The notes under the pieces were generated by a model that was not told where the DNA came from, made no database searches, and worked only from the letters and a program-made list of their open reading frames with translations. A DNA stretch of 64,000 nucleotides from Squalus acanthias (lineage: Eukaryota), in NCBI GenBank assembly GCA_030390025.1, contig CM059431.1:147066001-147130000 (forward strand). Reading direction: 5' to 3'. Position numbers and translations under genes: made by a program. Positions 1 to 11,257 of the stretch are shown piece by piece (position 1 is the stretch's first letter; each line of letters begins with the position of its first letter).

Positions 1-44
1 AGGGACAAGTGGAAGGACAGAGGACAAAAAGGTGATGACCTTAC

Positions 45-740
45 CATTGCTGTCCACAACGGGGTCGGCGTCTCCAGTGGCGACGGGACCGATCACCCGG
101 CTTGCCACAATCCTGTGGACGCGCTCCTCCAGATCGCTGAGGGGTTGCAGCTGAAGCCGCCCTCCACCCGTCCGTTGCTGCTGTCTCCGATTATGAGCCA
201 GCTTAGCCTGCAAGAAAAAGGACAGCATCTGAGTCAATATACAGCCATGGTCTTGCCTGATGTGCCTCCCATAGGTGAATAGCCCTTACAATATGCAGCC
301 ATGGTCTTGCCTGATGTGCCTCCCATAGGTGAATAGCCCTTACTGTATGCAAAGTGTGGAATGTGTGTGTGTGTTTGATAAAAGGGCCATAGGTGTTGGA
401 TGAGTGTTGTGCATTGGGGTTTTAAGACCCTCTGGCCATAGAGTGAGGTTGAGATGGAGGGATGGAGAGGTATTGAGAAAAAGCCACTCACCCTGACGAC
501 CCGAGTGAGGTCGTTGAACTTTTTGCGGCACTGGACATGGGTCCTGGGCACCATGCTCCTGGAGGAGACGCTCTGAGCCACCTCCCTCCACACTCTTCTG
601 AACTCGCGTGGCAAAGGCCTCCTGCCACTCTCTGGGAACAGCATGCATCGTCTGCGCTCCACTGCGTCAACCAGAGCATCCAAGGCCCGCTCGGTGAAGC
701 GATGAGCGCGTTCTCTCACCCTCTCCATTCTTGGCAGCAA
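45..740 (-). CDS. Harbinger Myb/SANT-like DNA-binding protein (NAIF1/MSANTD-like); exon 1 740-492, exon 2 207-45, continues off-window
   Basis: RFTERALDALVDAV...WREVAQSVSS...RTHVQCRKKFNDL motif. GTGAGT donor at 491 and TTGCAG acceptor at 208. Exon 2 reads in frame AKLAHNRRQQQRTGGGRLQLQPLSDLEERV and ends at a GTAAG donor at 44. Confidence 0.85.
236..343. repeat. 54-bp tandem duplication inside the Myb gene intron
   Basis: AATAT(A/G)CAGCCATGGTCTTGCC...AGCCCTTAC at 236-289 and 290-343. Confidence 0.9.
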
Positions 741-2861
741 AATGGATTACAGGTCTCTCCAGGCTGAGATTCAAGGCTGCAATGAGCAGGGTGTGGCTGG
801 GGAGCAAGTGGCCCCCCCCGCTTTAAGAAGTGTCCGGCGCCAGTGTGTCTGTGTTACCGCGCTAACTGGCAGCAGCTGCGCTGCGCTCGTGCGCTGAGTT
901 AGCGCCTCACTCCTAGGCCTTTACGCCTTAAGAGAGGTGTGCAGCGCCTAATTTAGCGCTCCACTCACCTCCCGGGGCGGTAAAAGTGAAGTTTCCTGTC
1001 AGTGCCGATAATTAGCGCCAGGCGCTAATATTTGCGCGCGGACGATATTTGCGCCCAAAATGGGGCGCGACCTAATTTCTACCCCTAAGACTTTATGAGG
1101 TAGGTTTTATCTAAAAGAATTATAAACGGACCCGCAATGCAAATATTGGCACTGCCCAACTTCCTCTAACAGTAAAGTGTCTTCAAACAATGGGAGGCTA
1201 CTTCAAAAGTGTCGGTATTTTATAAATTAGTAATCGGAAAATAGGAAATATTTCAATCATTCCGTGATTTTACTGAACTTTCCTCCGCTTTAGTGAATTC
1301 TGCCGATTGGCAGCGGCGGATTATGCAGCCACACAATTTTCTTTTTCATTATAGTCAATGAAAAGGGAAATTCGGCGGAGTGTATGAGTGGCGCACAGTC
1401 CGCTCCAGCCAGATTTCCGCCCATGCCTAAATTGAAAATGACCTTAGTTTCAGAATATTCAGATTGCATGAATCCCAAATGGACTGATAACTACAGGCAT
1501 GCAGTAGATGGAAGGCACCGCGATAAAAATACAATCCGACTGGGAGAAAAAAAATGCATGCAAGCCAATCAGTTCAACATAAAAATAAACCAACAGAACA
1601 ATTTATATCTGCGGCGCCCATCAATTTCAGAAGGTGTGTAAAGATCGAGCTGACACAGCCTATTTATATGTGTAACCCGTTGCTGTGAATAGAAAAGCGG
1701 AAGCAGTCAGAGTCAGTCCTCTGACTTTCTTCCACATCCTGCAGTGTGAACAGTGGATTTACCCAGTTCGAAGAACAGCTTCGCTTCGACATCTTTCAAC
1801 CTGCAACTCATGTACTGCAGAACAAATTGTAAACAAGTTTCAAACGAGGCACTGAAATTAGCGGGCGGACAAAATGCTAGTTACTTGGCTCGAATCCTCA
1901 TCTCAAGCCGTTACACCGAGAAACGCTCTCAAACCCAGGTCCCCAGTGGTGCTGGACGGAGCTATGAATACACCGCCTTGCACTGGGGATACCCGTTCAA
2001 CAGCAGTTGACAAAAGGGATGGGCATATTACATTCTTCTGTTAGTGCACCAACACACACCGCGGATTATTCCATGTAAATATCTGAGAGTCCTGATTAAT
2101 GATTCTTGCCTGAAATGCCCCGATTATAAATTCTTATTTCTTACACTGTGTTACCAGGTTGCAGGGTCGCTGATTCACATTAATAACACGCAGATTCACC
2201 AAGATACATTTAGTAACAGCAAGTAACAACTTTATTTAATGTTGCTGGAAAGCCTTCAAATTTTTCTCATTAATAGAGACGTCAGAGGCACAGGTAAAAG
2301 GAGGCAACTCCAGTAAACATTCAAAAAGTGGTGAAACATCGCGACACTGTGAAGGGGGCAGCGGCACCGCTCCTTATTCCCAGAAGAAGGGGTGAAGCGG
2401 CCCTTGCAACTGCAATTAGTTCAAATAACATTTTCACCAAACCTGCGAGGAAAAAGTAACTGGACCGAGAGTTGTCAACGGCAAAATCTTTCCCTAAAAC
2501 TGGTGACTGATCCGGTCAATATATGGTAGAATTGATTACATGTCCTCGCAGTATCAGGTATTGATACCGTTGATCAACTATTGTATTCCACTGTTAAATT
2601 TCACTTCATCACTGACATTTTTCATTCTTAAGGGGGAATTACCTTGTTAGGGAGGATACACTCGGCCAAAGAACTGCGGAAACTCACGGTCCATGTTGGC
2701 GTTAAATGCTACAAAAAGACCCAAATATAGTCGCGTACCTGTGAGGTTTTTACAAGGACGATCCTTATGTAGCGGTTAGCAGAGAGAACCCCAGTCTGAG
2801 TTGGAACACGAGCTAGAACGGAATTCTAATGTCCCAACCGAAGCTCTAATTCGGCTTTGTT

Positions 2862-4258
2862 TCAATGTTTAACCAGTCTTAGAATCAGTGTCCAGGGAGA
2901 TTTCAGCACCTTCTTCAGCTCTTCTCTGAATTTCCTCTGGGACGCTGCATAAATACACGTGTTTGGACAGGAACTCAAAAGCTTCAGCATGGCTCCGGTT
3001 TCAGTGGCGACATAGGCTGGGTTTGTGCGGTCGCCTCGGTAGTAAGTGGTGTTCGACATTCTGGTAATTACAAAACTCACGGCAGCTGTCAGCCACAGCA
3101 ATATAAAACTGCCCGATATAGCGAAGAGCAAAATGATGGATTTCCTTCGGCTCTCCATCTCTGGATCGCTCTGATTCTCACATCTCTGACCCCGGAGTCC
3201 CCTGCGGGCTCTGCTGGCCATTAATATATGTTTGACGGTCAAACAATTAAACAGAGCCATTAATGTAAAAGGAAGCCAAACGAGCCATATGGTGTGAAAC
3301 CAGAGATACGCTTCACCTGGAGGGGAGGTAAAAAAAGCTACACTTGAATGACAGCCCCACTGCACCTTGTTAATTATTTGCTGAGATTCAAATGCAGATA
3401 AAATGGCAATGCCCTTTATAAAGATTAGAACCGTGAACGCTGTTATAACCGCGGCCGCAGTTCTCTCGGTGCAATACTTTACTTTAAACTTCTGGCAGCA
3501 GATAACTACAAATCGGTCAAATGTGAAAGAGACAGTGAACCATACAGACAAATCGAAGGTGACAGCATTCATGTACAGATTGGACTTACACACCGGAGTC
3601 TGGGACAGGAATGAATGTGGAAAATGATAACTGAAAATATAATACACCATTACATTGAAGATCATGACCAGTAGATCTGCTGTTGCCATGGCCACCATGT
3701 AGACAGAGATACATTTGGAAAGACCGCAGTTTCCTCTGCAGAGAATCACAATTGTCACCAGGTTCGCTGTAAGAAAGAGAGAGGAGAGAAATAATGTTCC
3801 AGTATCTGATTGAAATATATATGGAGATACCTGTGGAGAGCATTTTACTCCATTCAGTGTGATTATCAGCACGGAGCAGTGTGAGAACAGGATTAGTTTT
3901 GGAGCCATTACCTGGGAAACCCACCCACGCATTCTTAATGAGCTGCTGCAGCGCTCACTCTGCACGGGGGGACAAGACGGTCCGGAAATCCGCTAAAATC
4001 CTTGTGTTGGAAATTCAAAAACATTGTAACATCAGTAATGTTATCATAGCAAGGGCAACTAGGAAAGTGCGGTCTCGCGGTTCACTGTGTCATGCTGACA
4101 TCTGTAAAACTGTTACCTTATCCAACATGCGATATGAACAGGGAGACAGTTAACACCGATTAACAACAAGCAAGTTACAATGGCTCACCGGGGACACCGA
4201 AAGCTGCGAGAATCGGGTAGTAAATCTCTTTTATCAGCAGTATAGCTGGTCGCCCCAT
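2862..4258 (-). CDS. GPR139/GPR142-like class A GPCR, 324 aa; exon 1 4258-4189, exon 2 3766-2862
   Basis: Exon 1 encodes MGRPAILLIKEIYYPILAAFGVP and ends at a GTGAGC donor; acceptor is TTCTTACAG; the phase-1 splice is in frame. Seven hydrophobic segments, AMATADL (TM2), FTFDRF (TM3), DPEMESRRKSIILL (ICL3/TM6), SSCPNTCIY (TM7). Confidence 0.9.
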
Positions 4259-4387
4259 TTTCTGTGAGATTGGATGAATTCTGTAGGAGATGAAATATTC
4301 TGACTGGCGCACGGCTGAGACAATAGAGGGGAACCTATATTTATCCACACATCAATCCGCCAGGGAGTCAATCAAATTAACTCATAA

Positions 4388-4416
4388 TTGGCATTAGTTA
4401 CAGTCATTTAACAAAT
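4388..4416 (-). promoter_or_regulatory. Upstream motif conserved between the two GPCR paralogs
   Basis: Minus strand TTTGTTAAATGACTGTAACTAATGCCAA matches TTTGTTAAGTGACTGTAACTAAAGCCAA at 34513-34540; both end about 130 nt upstream of the ATG. TATA-like ATAAATATA near 4336-4344. Confidence 0.6.
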
Positions 4417-6308
4417 AGACTGAGGTAAGTTGGGGTATTTTTTGACTGTTAATTCAGTTTAAGAGAAATTAATGAAATTTTTATTGTACAGTTTCAAAAA
4501 TACACACAATACAAACATTCTTTACAAATGGAAACTGGAATAACCCAATAATGGAGCTGACCCTATTCCAGCAGAACTGGTGGAAGCTGCTACAATGGCA
4601 GTCATCGGCCTGACCTAGCCCTTCACTGACTCCTGGTGCTCCAACTCCTCCAGAACAGGCGGTAAAACAAACCAGGAATATATGAAACAGTCCTGCAGCA
4701 TTAGAGATGACCTTGTTCATCTGGTAATAGTAGCTTGCAAAACTTACAGTAGACGTGAACCTGCTCCTTCACGACTAGTGATAACCTACATAGAAACATA
4801 GAAACTTAGATAAATAGGAGCAGGAGTAGGCCCTTCGGCACTTCGAGCCTGCTCCGCCATTCAATATGATCATGCTTAATCCTCTATCTCAATACCATAT
4901 TCCCGCTCTCTCCCTATACCACTTGAAGCCTTTTGTGTCTGCAAATCTATCGATCTCCTTCTTAAATATATTCACTGACTTGGCCTCCACAGCCATCTGT
5001 GGTAGAGAATTCGTCAGGTTCACCACCCTCTGAAGGAAGAAATTTCGCCTCATCGCAGTCCTAAATATCCTAACCCGTATCCTGTGAATGTGACAATCGT
5101 TCTAAACTTCCCAGGCAGGGGAAACATCCTCCCTGCATCCAGTCTGTCTAGCCCTGTCAGAATTTTATCCGTTTCAATGAGATCCCTTCTCATTCTTCTA
5201 AGATCTAGTGAATACAACTCTATTCGATATAGTCTCTCCTCATACGACAGTCCTGCAATCCCAGGAATCAGTCTGGTGAACCTTCGCTGCACTCCCTCTA
5301 AGGCAAATATATCCTTTCTGATGTAAGGAGACCAACACTGCAAGCAGTACTCCAGGTGGGGTCTCACCAAGGCCATGTATAACTGTATTAAGAAATCCTT
5401 GCTCCTGTCTCTAATCCTCTTGCAATGAAGGCCAACATACCATTTGCCTTCCTAACTGATTGCTGCACTTGCATGTTTGCTTTCAGTGACTGGCGTACAA
5501 GGACTGCCAGGTCCCTTTTAACATCAACATTTCCCAATCTATCACCATTTAAATAATAGTCTGCATTTCTGTTTTTCCCAACGAAGTGGATAACTACACA
5601 TTTCTCCACTTTATACTGCATCTGCCATGTATTTGCCCACTCACTGATCCCTGCGGTACACCACTAATCACCGCCTGATACCCGGAAACAGACCCATTCA
5701 TTCCTACTCTCTGTTTCCTGTCTGTTAACCAATTTTCAATCCATGCCAGTATAGTATCCTCAATTTGACGTGCTTTAATTGTACACACTAACCTCTTATG
5801 TGGGAGTTTTTCAAAAGCCTTCTGAAAATCAAAATACACCACAGCCACTGGCTCTACCTTATCTATTCTACCAGTTACATCCTCAAAACTCCAGTGGATT
5901 TGTCAAACCCGATTTCCCTTTCATAAATCAATGATGACTTTGTCAAATCCCGTTGAAATTTTCGAAGTGGCCTGTTACCATATCCTTGATAATAGACTCT
6001 AGCATTTTCCCTACTACTGATGTTAGGCTAACCGGTCTGTGGATCCCTGTTTTCTCCCTCCCTCATGTTTTAAATAGTGGGGTTACATTTGCCACTCTCC
6101 AATCTGCAGGAACTGTTCCATAAACTATAGAAGTTTTGAAGATGACAATCAATGCCTCCACTATTTCCATGGCTACCTCTTTTATTACTCTGGGATGCAG
6201 ATTATTAGGCCTGGGGGATTTATCGGCTTTTAGTACCATTAATTTCTCCAGCACTATTTTTTTACTGATACTAATTTCCTTTAATTCCTCCTTCTCACTA
6301 GACCCTTG

Positions 6309-7051
6309 GGGGGAAAAATTCAGCTGCTTGCGCCTCCCGTTAGCGCCTTAAGAGGGCGCTAATGGGGCGTAAAGCAGCTAACGCCCGGGCGCAGCGCCGC
6401 CCACGCCTCCCGCAAAATTCAGCGGGATGTTAGCGGCGGCGCCAGCCGGTAGCGCCCTGTGGCGCTGCGCCGCCGGCGATGACGTCATCGCCGTGCGCAG
6501 TACCCCGCTCGCGCTCCAGCCGCGATCTTCAGTCGCGCCCCCTGATTTACCGCCAGACGCTATGTCCGACGGGTTCAGGGAGGTGTACGTGCGGCCGGGG
6601 CGGCGATATTTAAAGGGGAGGTGGCAGGCGGCCATTTTTGTTGCTGGCCGCCTGCCAGCACCTGCCCCCGTTGCTGTCCCCGGCCCCCGTGAAGCCCCCC
6701 CACCGTGAAGTGCCGGCTGCGCTCCAAGAGCCCGGCACTTCTCTTGAGTGCCGGGCTCTTTTGCCGGCACTTCCGATCCCTGGGGGCCCAGCTGGGCCCC
6801 GGTTCGCGCTGCGCAGGGTCCCTCCCCTTTAAGAAGGGGAGGAAGGCCTGCAATACCTCGGCACGTAGCGCCAGGATATTCCCTCGCAGCGCCCCAAGAG
6901 GGATGCGGGGTGCTTCCAGTGGCGCCCCGCTTCCCTCTTGGGGCGCAACCACTGAAGTTCCGGCGCGGGGCCGCTAATTTTTTCGGGGCGCTAAAAGTAG
7001 CGCCCCGGCGAGGTTAGCACCCCAAATGGGGCGCGACTCAATTTTTTGCCC
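6309..7051. mobile_element. GC-rich non-autonomous Harbinger element (MITE)
   Basis: Termini GGGGGAAAAATT / AATTTTTTGCCC. TTG duplicated at 6306-6308 and 7052-7054; removing the element restores continuous CR1 sequence GACCCTTGGTTCC. Right end is 28/35 identical to 1051-1085. Confidence 0.85.
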
Positions 7052-8993
7052 TTGGTTCCTTAGCATTTCTGGAAAGTTATTTGTGTCCTCTACCGTGAGG
7101 ACAGAACCAAAGTAATTGATTAATTGCTCTGTCATTTCCTTGTCCCCATTATACATTTTCCCGTTTCTGACTGTAAGGGACCTACATTTCTCTTCACTAA
7201 TCTTTATCTTTTTACATACTTGTAGAAGCCGCTTTTATGATCCTTGACAGTATACTCTCATAATCTATTTTTCCCTTCTTAATCAATCTCTTGGTCCTTT
7301 TTTGCTGAATTCTAAACTGCTCCAAATCCGCAGGCTTGCTACTTTTTCTGGCAACTTTAAAGGACTCCACTTTGGATCTAATACTATCCTTAATTTGTTT
7401 TGTTAGCCATGGTTGGGCCGCTTTTCCTTTTGTGATTTTGCGCCAGAAAGGAATGTGTATCGGTTGCAACTCATGCATTCGTTCCTTAAAAGTTAGCCAT
7501 TGCCTATCCATCGTCATGCCTTTTAATGAAGCTCCCCAATCTATCATAGCCAACTCGCTCCTCATACCTTCGTAGTTGCCTTTGTTTAGATTTGGGACCT
7601 TGTTTCGGATTGGACTACTTCACTTACCATCATAATGAAGAATTTTTTCATGTTATCGTCAATCTTCCCGAAATGACCCCGCACAACAAGATTATTAATT
7701 AACCACTTCTCATTGCACAATGCCCAATCTAGGATTACCTGTTCACTAGATGGCTCCTCATCGTACTAGTCTAAAAAAAGTCTCGTACACACTCCAGGAT
7801 TTCATCCTCCACATTATAATAGCACATTTTGCTTGGCCAGTCTATATGTAGGCTAAAGACAACCATAAATACTGCAGTACACTTGTTACCTGCATCTCTA
7901 ATTTCCTGTTTGATGCCGTTCCCTGCATTACCACTACTGTTTGGAGGTCTTTATACAACTCTCACCAATGTGTTCTGCCGCTTGATGCTTCTTAGCTCTT
8001 CCTTGTGTAATTCTACATAATAATTTTCTGAGCCAATATCCTTTCTCTCCATTACTCAGATTTCATCCTTTACGAACAACGACAATTCACCTCCTTTTCC
8101 TTTTTTCACTGCCCTTCCTAAATATGGAATATCCTTGGATATTCAGCTCCCAGCCTTCGTCACCCTGCAGCCATGTCTCTATAATTGCAGTTATATCTAT
8201 TTGCGCTGTTAATTCGTTTACCTTATTACGAATGCTTCGTGCATTCAGATACATTTAGATTTGTCTTTTTAACATTTTTCGACATCAATTTTGTTTTGGT
8301 ACTATGGCCCTATCTGTCATCCCATTTTTTCTTACCAGGACCCTATTTGTTAGTGCACACTTTTGTTTCTACGCTCTGTCCCTTCCTGACACAATCTGGT
8401 TATCCTTACCCCATTCCCGTTCCTGCACTGCTTCCTTGTCTTTTCTCTTTCGCATTCTAGATTTCACAACACCGTGACTGCCCCAACTAATTTAGTTTCA
8501 AGACCTATCTCGGTCCCTAGTTATTCGATTCGCTAGAAATCTGGTCCCAGCATGGTTCATGTGTTGTCCGTCCCAACGGAACAGCTCTCTCTTTCCCCAG
8601 TACTGGTGCCAGTGCCCCACGAATCGAAACACACTTCTCCCACACCAATACTTGAGCCACGCATTCATCTCTCTGATCCTGTTGGCCCTATAACAATTTG
8701 CTCGTGACTCAAGTAATAATCCAGAGATTATTGGCCCAAAAATGCATCCCGGTGCGCGAGAGTACGCACTACGTACTCTCGCGTATTCCCTCTGCAATTG
8801 CCGGTTTTCTGCATGCACTGCGCATGCGCTGAAAACCGGCACTTCATGTCGGGTCAGTTTCATGGATATGCGAGTAATCGCGTGGGCTGGTGATTCTGCG
8901 CGTGCGTCGGAAAATTCATGTTTTTTGTGAATGAGAGTAGTGTTTGTAAGCTCCTAGCAGTTACACATTTTAAAACCAGGAGCAGCAGCCATT

Positions 8994-9459
8994 TATAAAG
9001 ATACGGAGATAGCAGGAGGAAGAAATCCTTTTGGAGTGGGGCTACTGAGGTGAGTTTTTTAAATCTGAAAGCCACCAAAGTTTTAAATGAAGTCTTATAT
9101 AAGTTAGGAGTTAAAAAAAAAATTAAAACGTGTTTTGACCATTTGGAGTAGTATAGCAACTGTGGGTGTGTACAAGGCATATTTAGGTATCTATCTGTGA
9201 AAATGAAAGTTTAAAAAGGAAATGTTTACGTTTCAAAAAGTTTTAAAGATGAAAATGAGTAAGTAAGTATGTATGTATGTATGTATGAATTTATGAAAAT
9301 GTAACAGTTTTGGAAAATCAGCTAGGGCCGTGTGGCGGGTAGATGTGTTCCCAAGCAGATAGCGCACGTGTCCCACCATAGCCCGACCTGATTTTATAGC
9401 CACTCACTTAACTAAAGTTACTTTAACAACTATTTCCATTTTTTCATTACAACTTTCAG
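8994..9459 (+). promoter_or_regulatory. Putative TATA box and 5'-UTR intron of the transposase gene
   Basis: TATAAA 8994-8999; GAG|GTGAGT donor at 9050; polypyrimidine tract and TTTCAG acceptor ending 9459, 30 nt before the ATG. Confidence 0.5.
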
Positions 9460-9488
9460 TTTGAAGAGGAAGCCTGTGTGAGAGAAAG

Positions 9489-10640
9489 ATGCCCTTTCGC
9501 AATCAATTCCTGTTCCTCCTCTGTGGGATTGCGTATCAGAGAATTTTCGAATACAGACAACTAATCAGACGGAGGAACCAAGCCCGTCTCCTCCAGAGAA
9601 GGAGAAACTACTACCCACCAAATAGAGTTTACAGGCAGAGGCTGTCATTTGAGATGCTGTCGGAGGAGCTGTGTGTGAGGAGGCTGCGCTTCAGTAAAGA
9701 GTCAATTGGCCGAATCCGTGAGATGTTAAAGGAGGACCTTCAAACACGCACGAAGAACCGCTATGCATTGTCACTGAGCATGAAGGTAACCACAGCACTG
9801 AACTTCTTTGCAAGTGGGACTTTTCAGGCAAGCACCGGTGACATTTGCAACATATCCAAGAATGCTGCGAGGGCCTGCATTCACCAGGTCACAGAAGCCA
9901 TTTTCCGTAGGGCTTCTGAGTTCATTAAGTATGACTTGTCTGCTCGCCATCAAAAGGAGATGGCGCTTGCATTTCATAACATTGCTGGATTCCCCAAAGT
10001 GATTGGGGTTGTCGATGGAACCCATGTAGCATTGAAGGCACCAGGGGTTGCACCTGTGACATTTATCAACAGGAAGGGGTTTCATTCACTGAATGTCCAG
10101 ATTGTCTGTGATGCGCATCTCAGGATCTTAAATGTGAATCCAGGTAACCGTGGAAGTAATCATGACTCCTTCGTCCTCCGTAACTCTGACTTATATGGCG
10201 TCCTCAACGCATTGCCTCCAGGATCCGCATGGATATTGGGCGACAAGGGCTACCCGCTAAGACCATGGCTGATGACTCCCTACCGCAAGACCAATAATGA
10301 GGCTCAGGAGAGATACAACCAGGCACACGTATCCACACGGCAAGTGGTAGAGAGGACAATTGGAGTTCTGAAATCACGCTTCCGGTTCCTGGACAGGTCA
10401 GGGGGGACCTTGCAGTATTCTCCTCAGAAAGTGGCAAAGATTGTGGAGGCCTGTAGTGCTTTGCATAACTTTGCCCTGCAGGAAGGACTGACCCTTAACG
10501 CTGCAGATGAACTACCTGCAGAAATGGAGGACGTGGACAATGCCAATGTGCCTGTGGGAAGGCATGATGGGGAAGAGCCAACTGCTGCTCAAAGTAAGGC
10601 TGCTCGGGAGCAGCCGGTAGCCAACACCTTCACGAGGTAG
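9489..10640 (+). CDS. Harbinger DDE transposase (HARBI1-like nuclease), 383 aa
   Basis: Uninterrupted ORF: RRLRFSK, ALNFFASG HTH region, GFPKVIGVVDGTHV, NRKGFHSLNVQIVCD, GSNHDSFVL, LGDKGYPLRPWLMTP, VVERTIGVLKSRFR, ACSALHNF. Confidence 0.95.
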   Translation: MPFRNQFLFLLCGIAYQRIFEYRQLIRRRNQARLLQRRRNYYPPNRVYRQRLSFEMLSEELCVRRLRFSKESIGRIREMLKEDLQTRTKNRYALSLSMKVTTALNFFASGTFQASTGDICNISKNAARACIHQVTEAIFRRASEFIKYDLSARHQKEMALAFHNIAGFPKVIGVVDGTHVALKAPGVAPVTFINRKGFHSLNVQIVCDAHLRILNVNPGNRGSNHDSFVLRNSDLYGVLNALPPGSAWILGDKGYPLRPWLMTPYRKTNNEAQERYNQAHVSTRQVVERTIGVLKSRFRFLDRSGGTLQYSPQKVAKIVEACSALHNFALQEGLTLNAADELPAEMEDVDNANVPVGRHDGEEPTAAQSKAAREQPVANTFTR

Positions 10641-10656
10641 TGTCGCCTTGTACCTC

Positions 10657-10752
10657 CCGCTCCCCCTCCCTCTCCCTCTCCTCCTCCCCCTCCCTCTCCC
10701 CCTCCCCCTCCCTATCCCTCTCCCACTCCCCCTCCCTCTCCCCCTCCCTCTC
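10657..10752. repeat. (CCCCCT/CTCCCT)n pyrimidine microsatellite
   Basis: Direct reading; it produces the spurious RG-repeat ORF 10512-10784. Confidence 0.9.
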
Positions 10753-10765
10753 CACCAGCAAGGCA

Positions 10766-10811
10766 AATAAAGGTACAGACACAATTTAAAGTGAAACAGT
10801 GCTCTTTTATT
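10766..10811. terminator. Facing polyadenylation signals for the two Harbinger genes
   Basis: AATAAA on plus at 10766-10771 and AATAAA on minus at 10806-10811. Confidence 0.5.
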
Positions 10812-11257
10812 GCTGCATTATAGACTTCTGAGGTTCATTGTTGCTTTACATAGTTTAAAACTTTTCAATGTTAACTAGCTACTTTTCAACTTTGTAAACA
10901 ATCGTAAACAGAAATAGGTTTTTAAAAAATGTGTTAACAGTTCTCAGTAACTTTTTTGCTTCGTTAATGCAGTAAAGACATTCAAGATGGAAAATAACTC
11001 TTTCCTTAATGTAAAAAAGTTTAAATGTTCAATTTTTTTGTGCAAATAAACAATTTGAATTTTTATAAAGTGACTAAAGGCTGTACTTTTTCAATGAAAA
11101 GCTAACTTTCAGTTTCAGTGTCAAATATATATATAAATAAAGAAAAATGTAAACATGTAAGTTTTAAATAAAACTAAAAATTAAACACTTGAAAATTTTA
11201 CCACAAATAAACTATTCCTGAGGGTCAATGGATGTGCATTGTGGAACATGCAACACC

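Larger units (their letters stand above)
1..1085 (-). mobile_element. PIF/Harbinger DNA transposon, right-hand part (truncated by window start)
   Basis: Encodes a Myb/SANT-like protein. GC-rich subterminal region with repeated TAGCGCC/GGCGCTA motifs (palindrome TTAGCGCC-A-GGCGCTAA, 1012-1028). Ends ...AATTTCTACCCC followed by TAA (1086-1088), the typical Harbinger target trinucleotide. Confidence 0.8.

Noticed and set aside
1290..1445. Possible further Harbinger-like MITE ends (GAAAATGACC at about 1443; GAAAATCGCCCC at about 34509; AAAATTCCCC at about 35838)
   Set aside because: Only one terminus was visible in each case, with no matching TIR or TSD.
3767..3965. N-terminal extension of ORF 2862-3965 (and the start of ORF 36163)
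   Set aside because: Intronic read-through; the real first exons are 4258-4189 and 34667-34736 with canonical splice sites.
6378..7017. Several overlapping 60-130 aa ORFs
   Set aside because: High GC content in the MITE suppresses stop codons; no recognisable domain.
9489..10640. Domesticated host gene HARBI1
   Set aside because: The ORF is flanked by TIRs and a TSD, paired with a Myb gene and inserted in a LINE, so it is a transposon copy.
10512..10784. RG-repeat ORF
   Set aside because: It is the antisense reading of a CT microsatellite plus the transposase 3' end.
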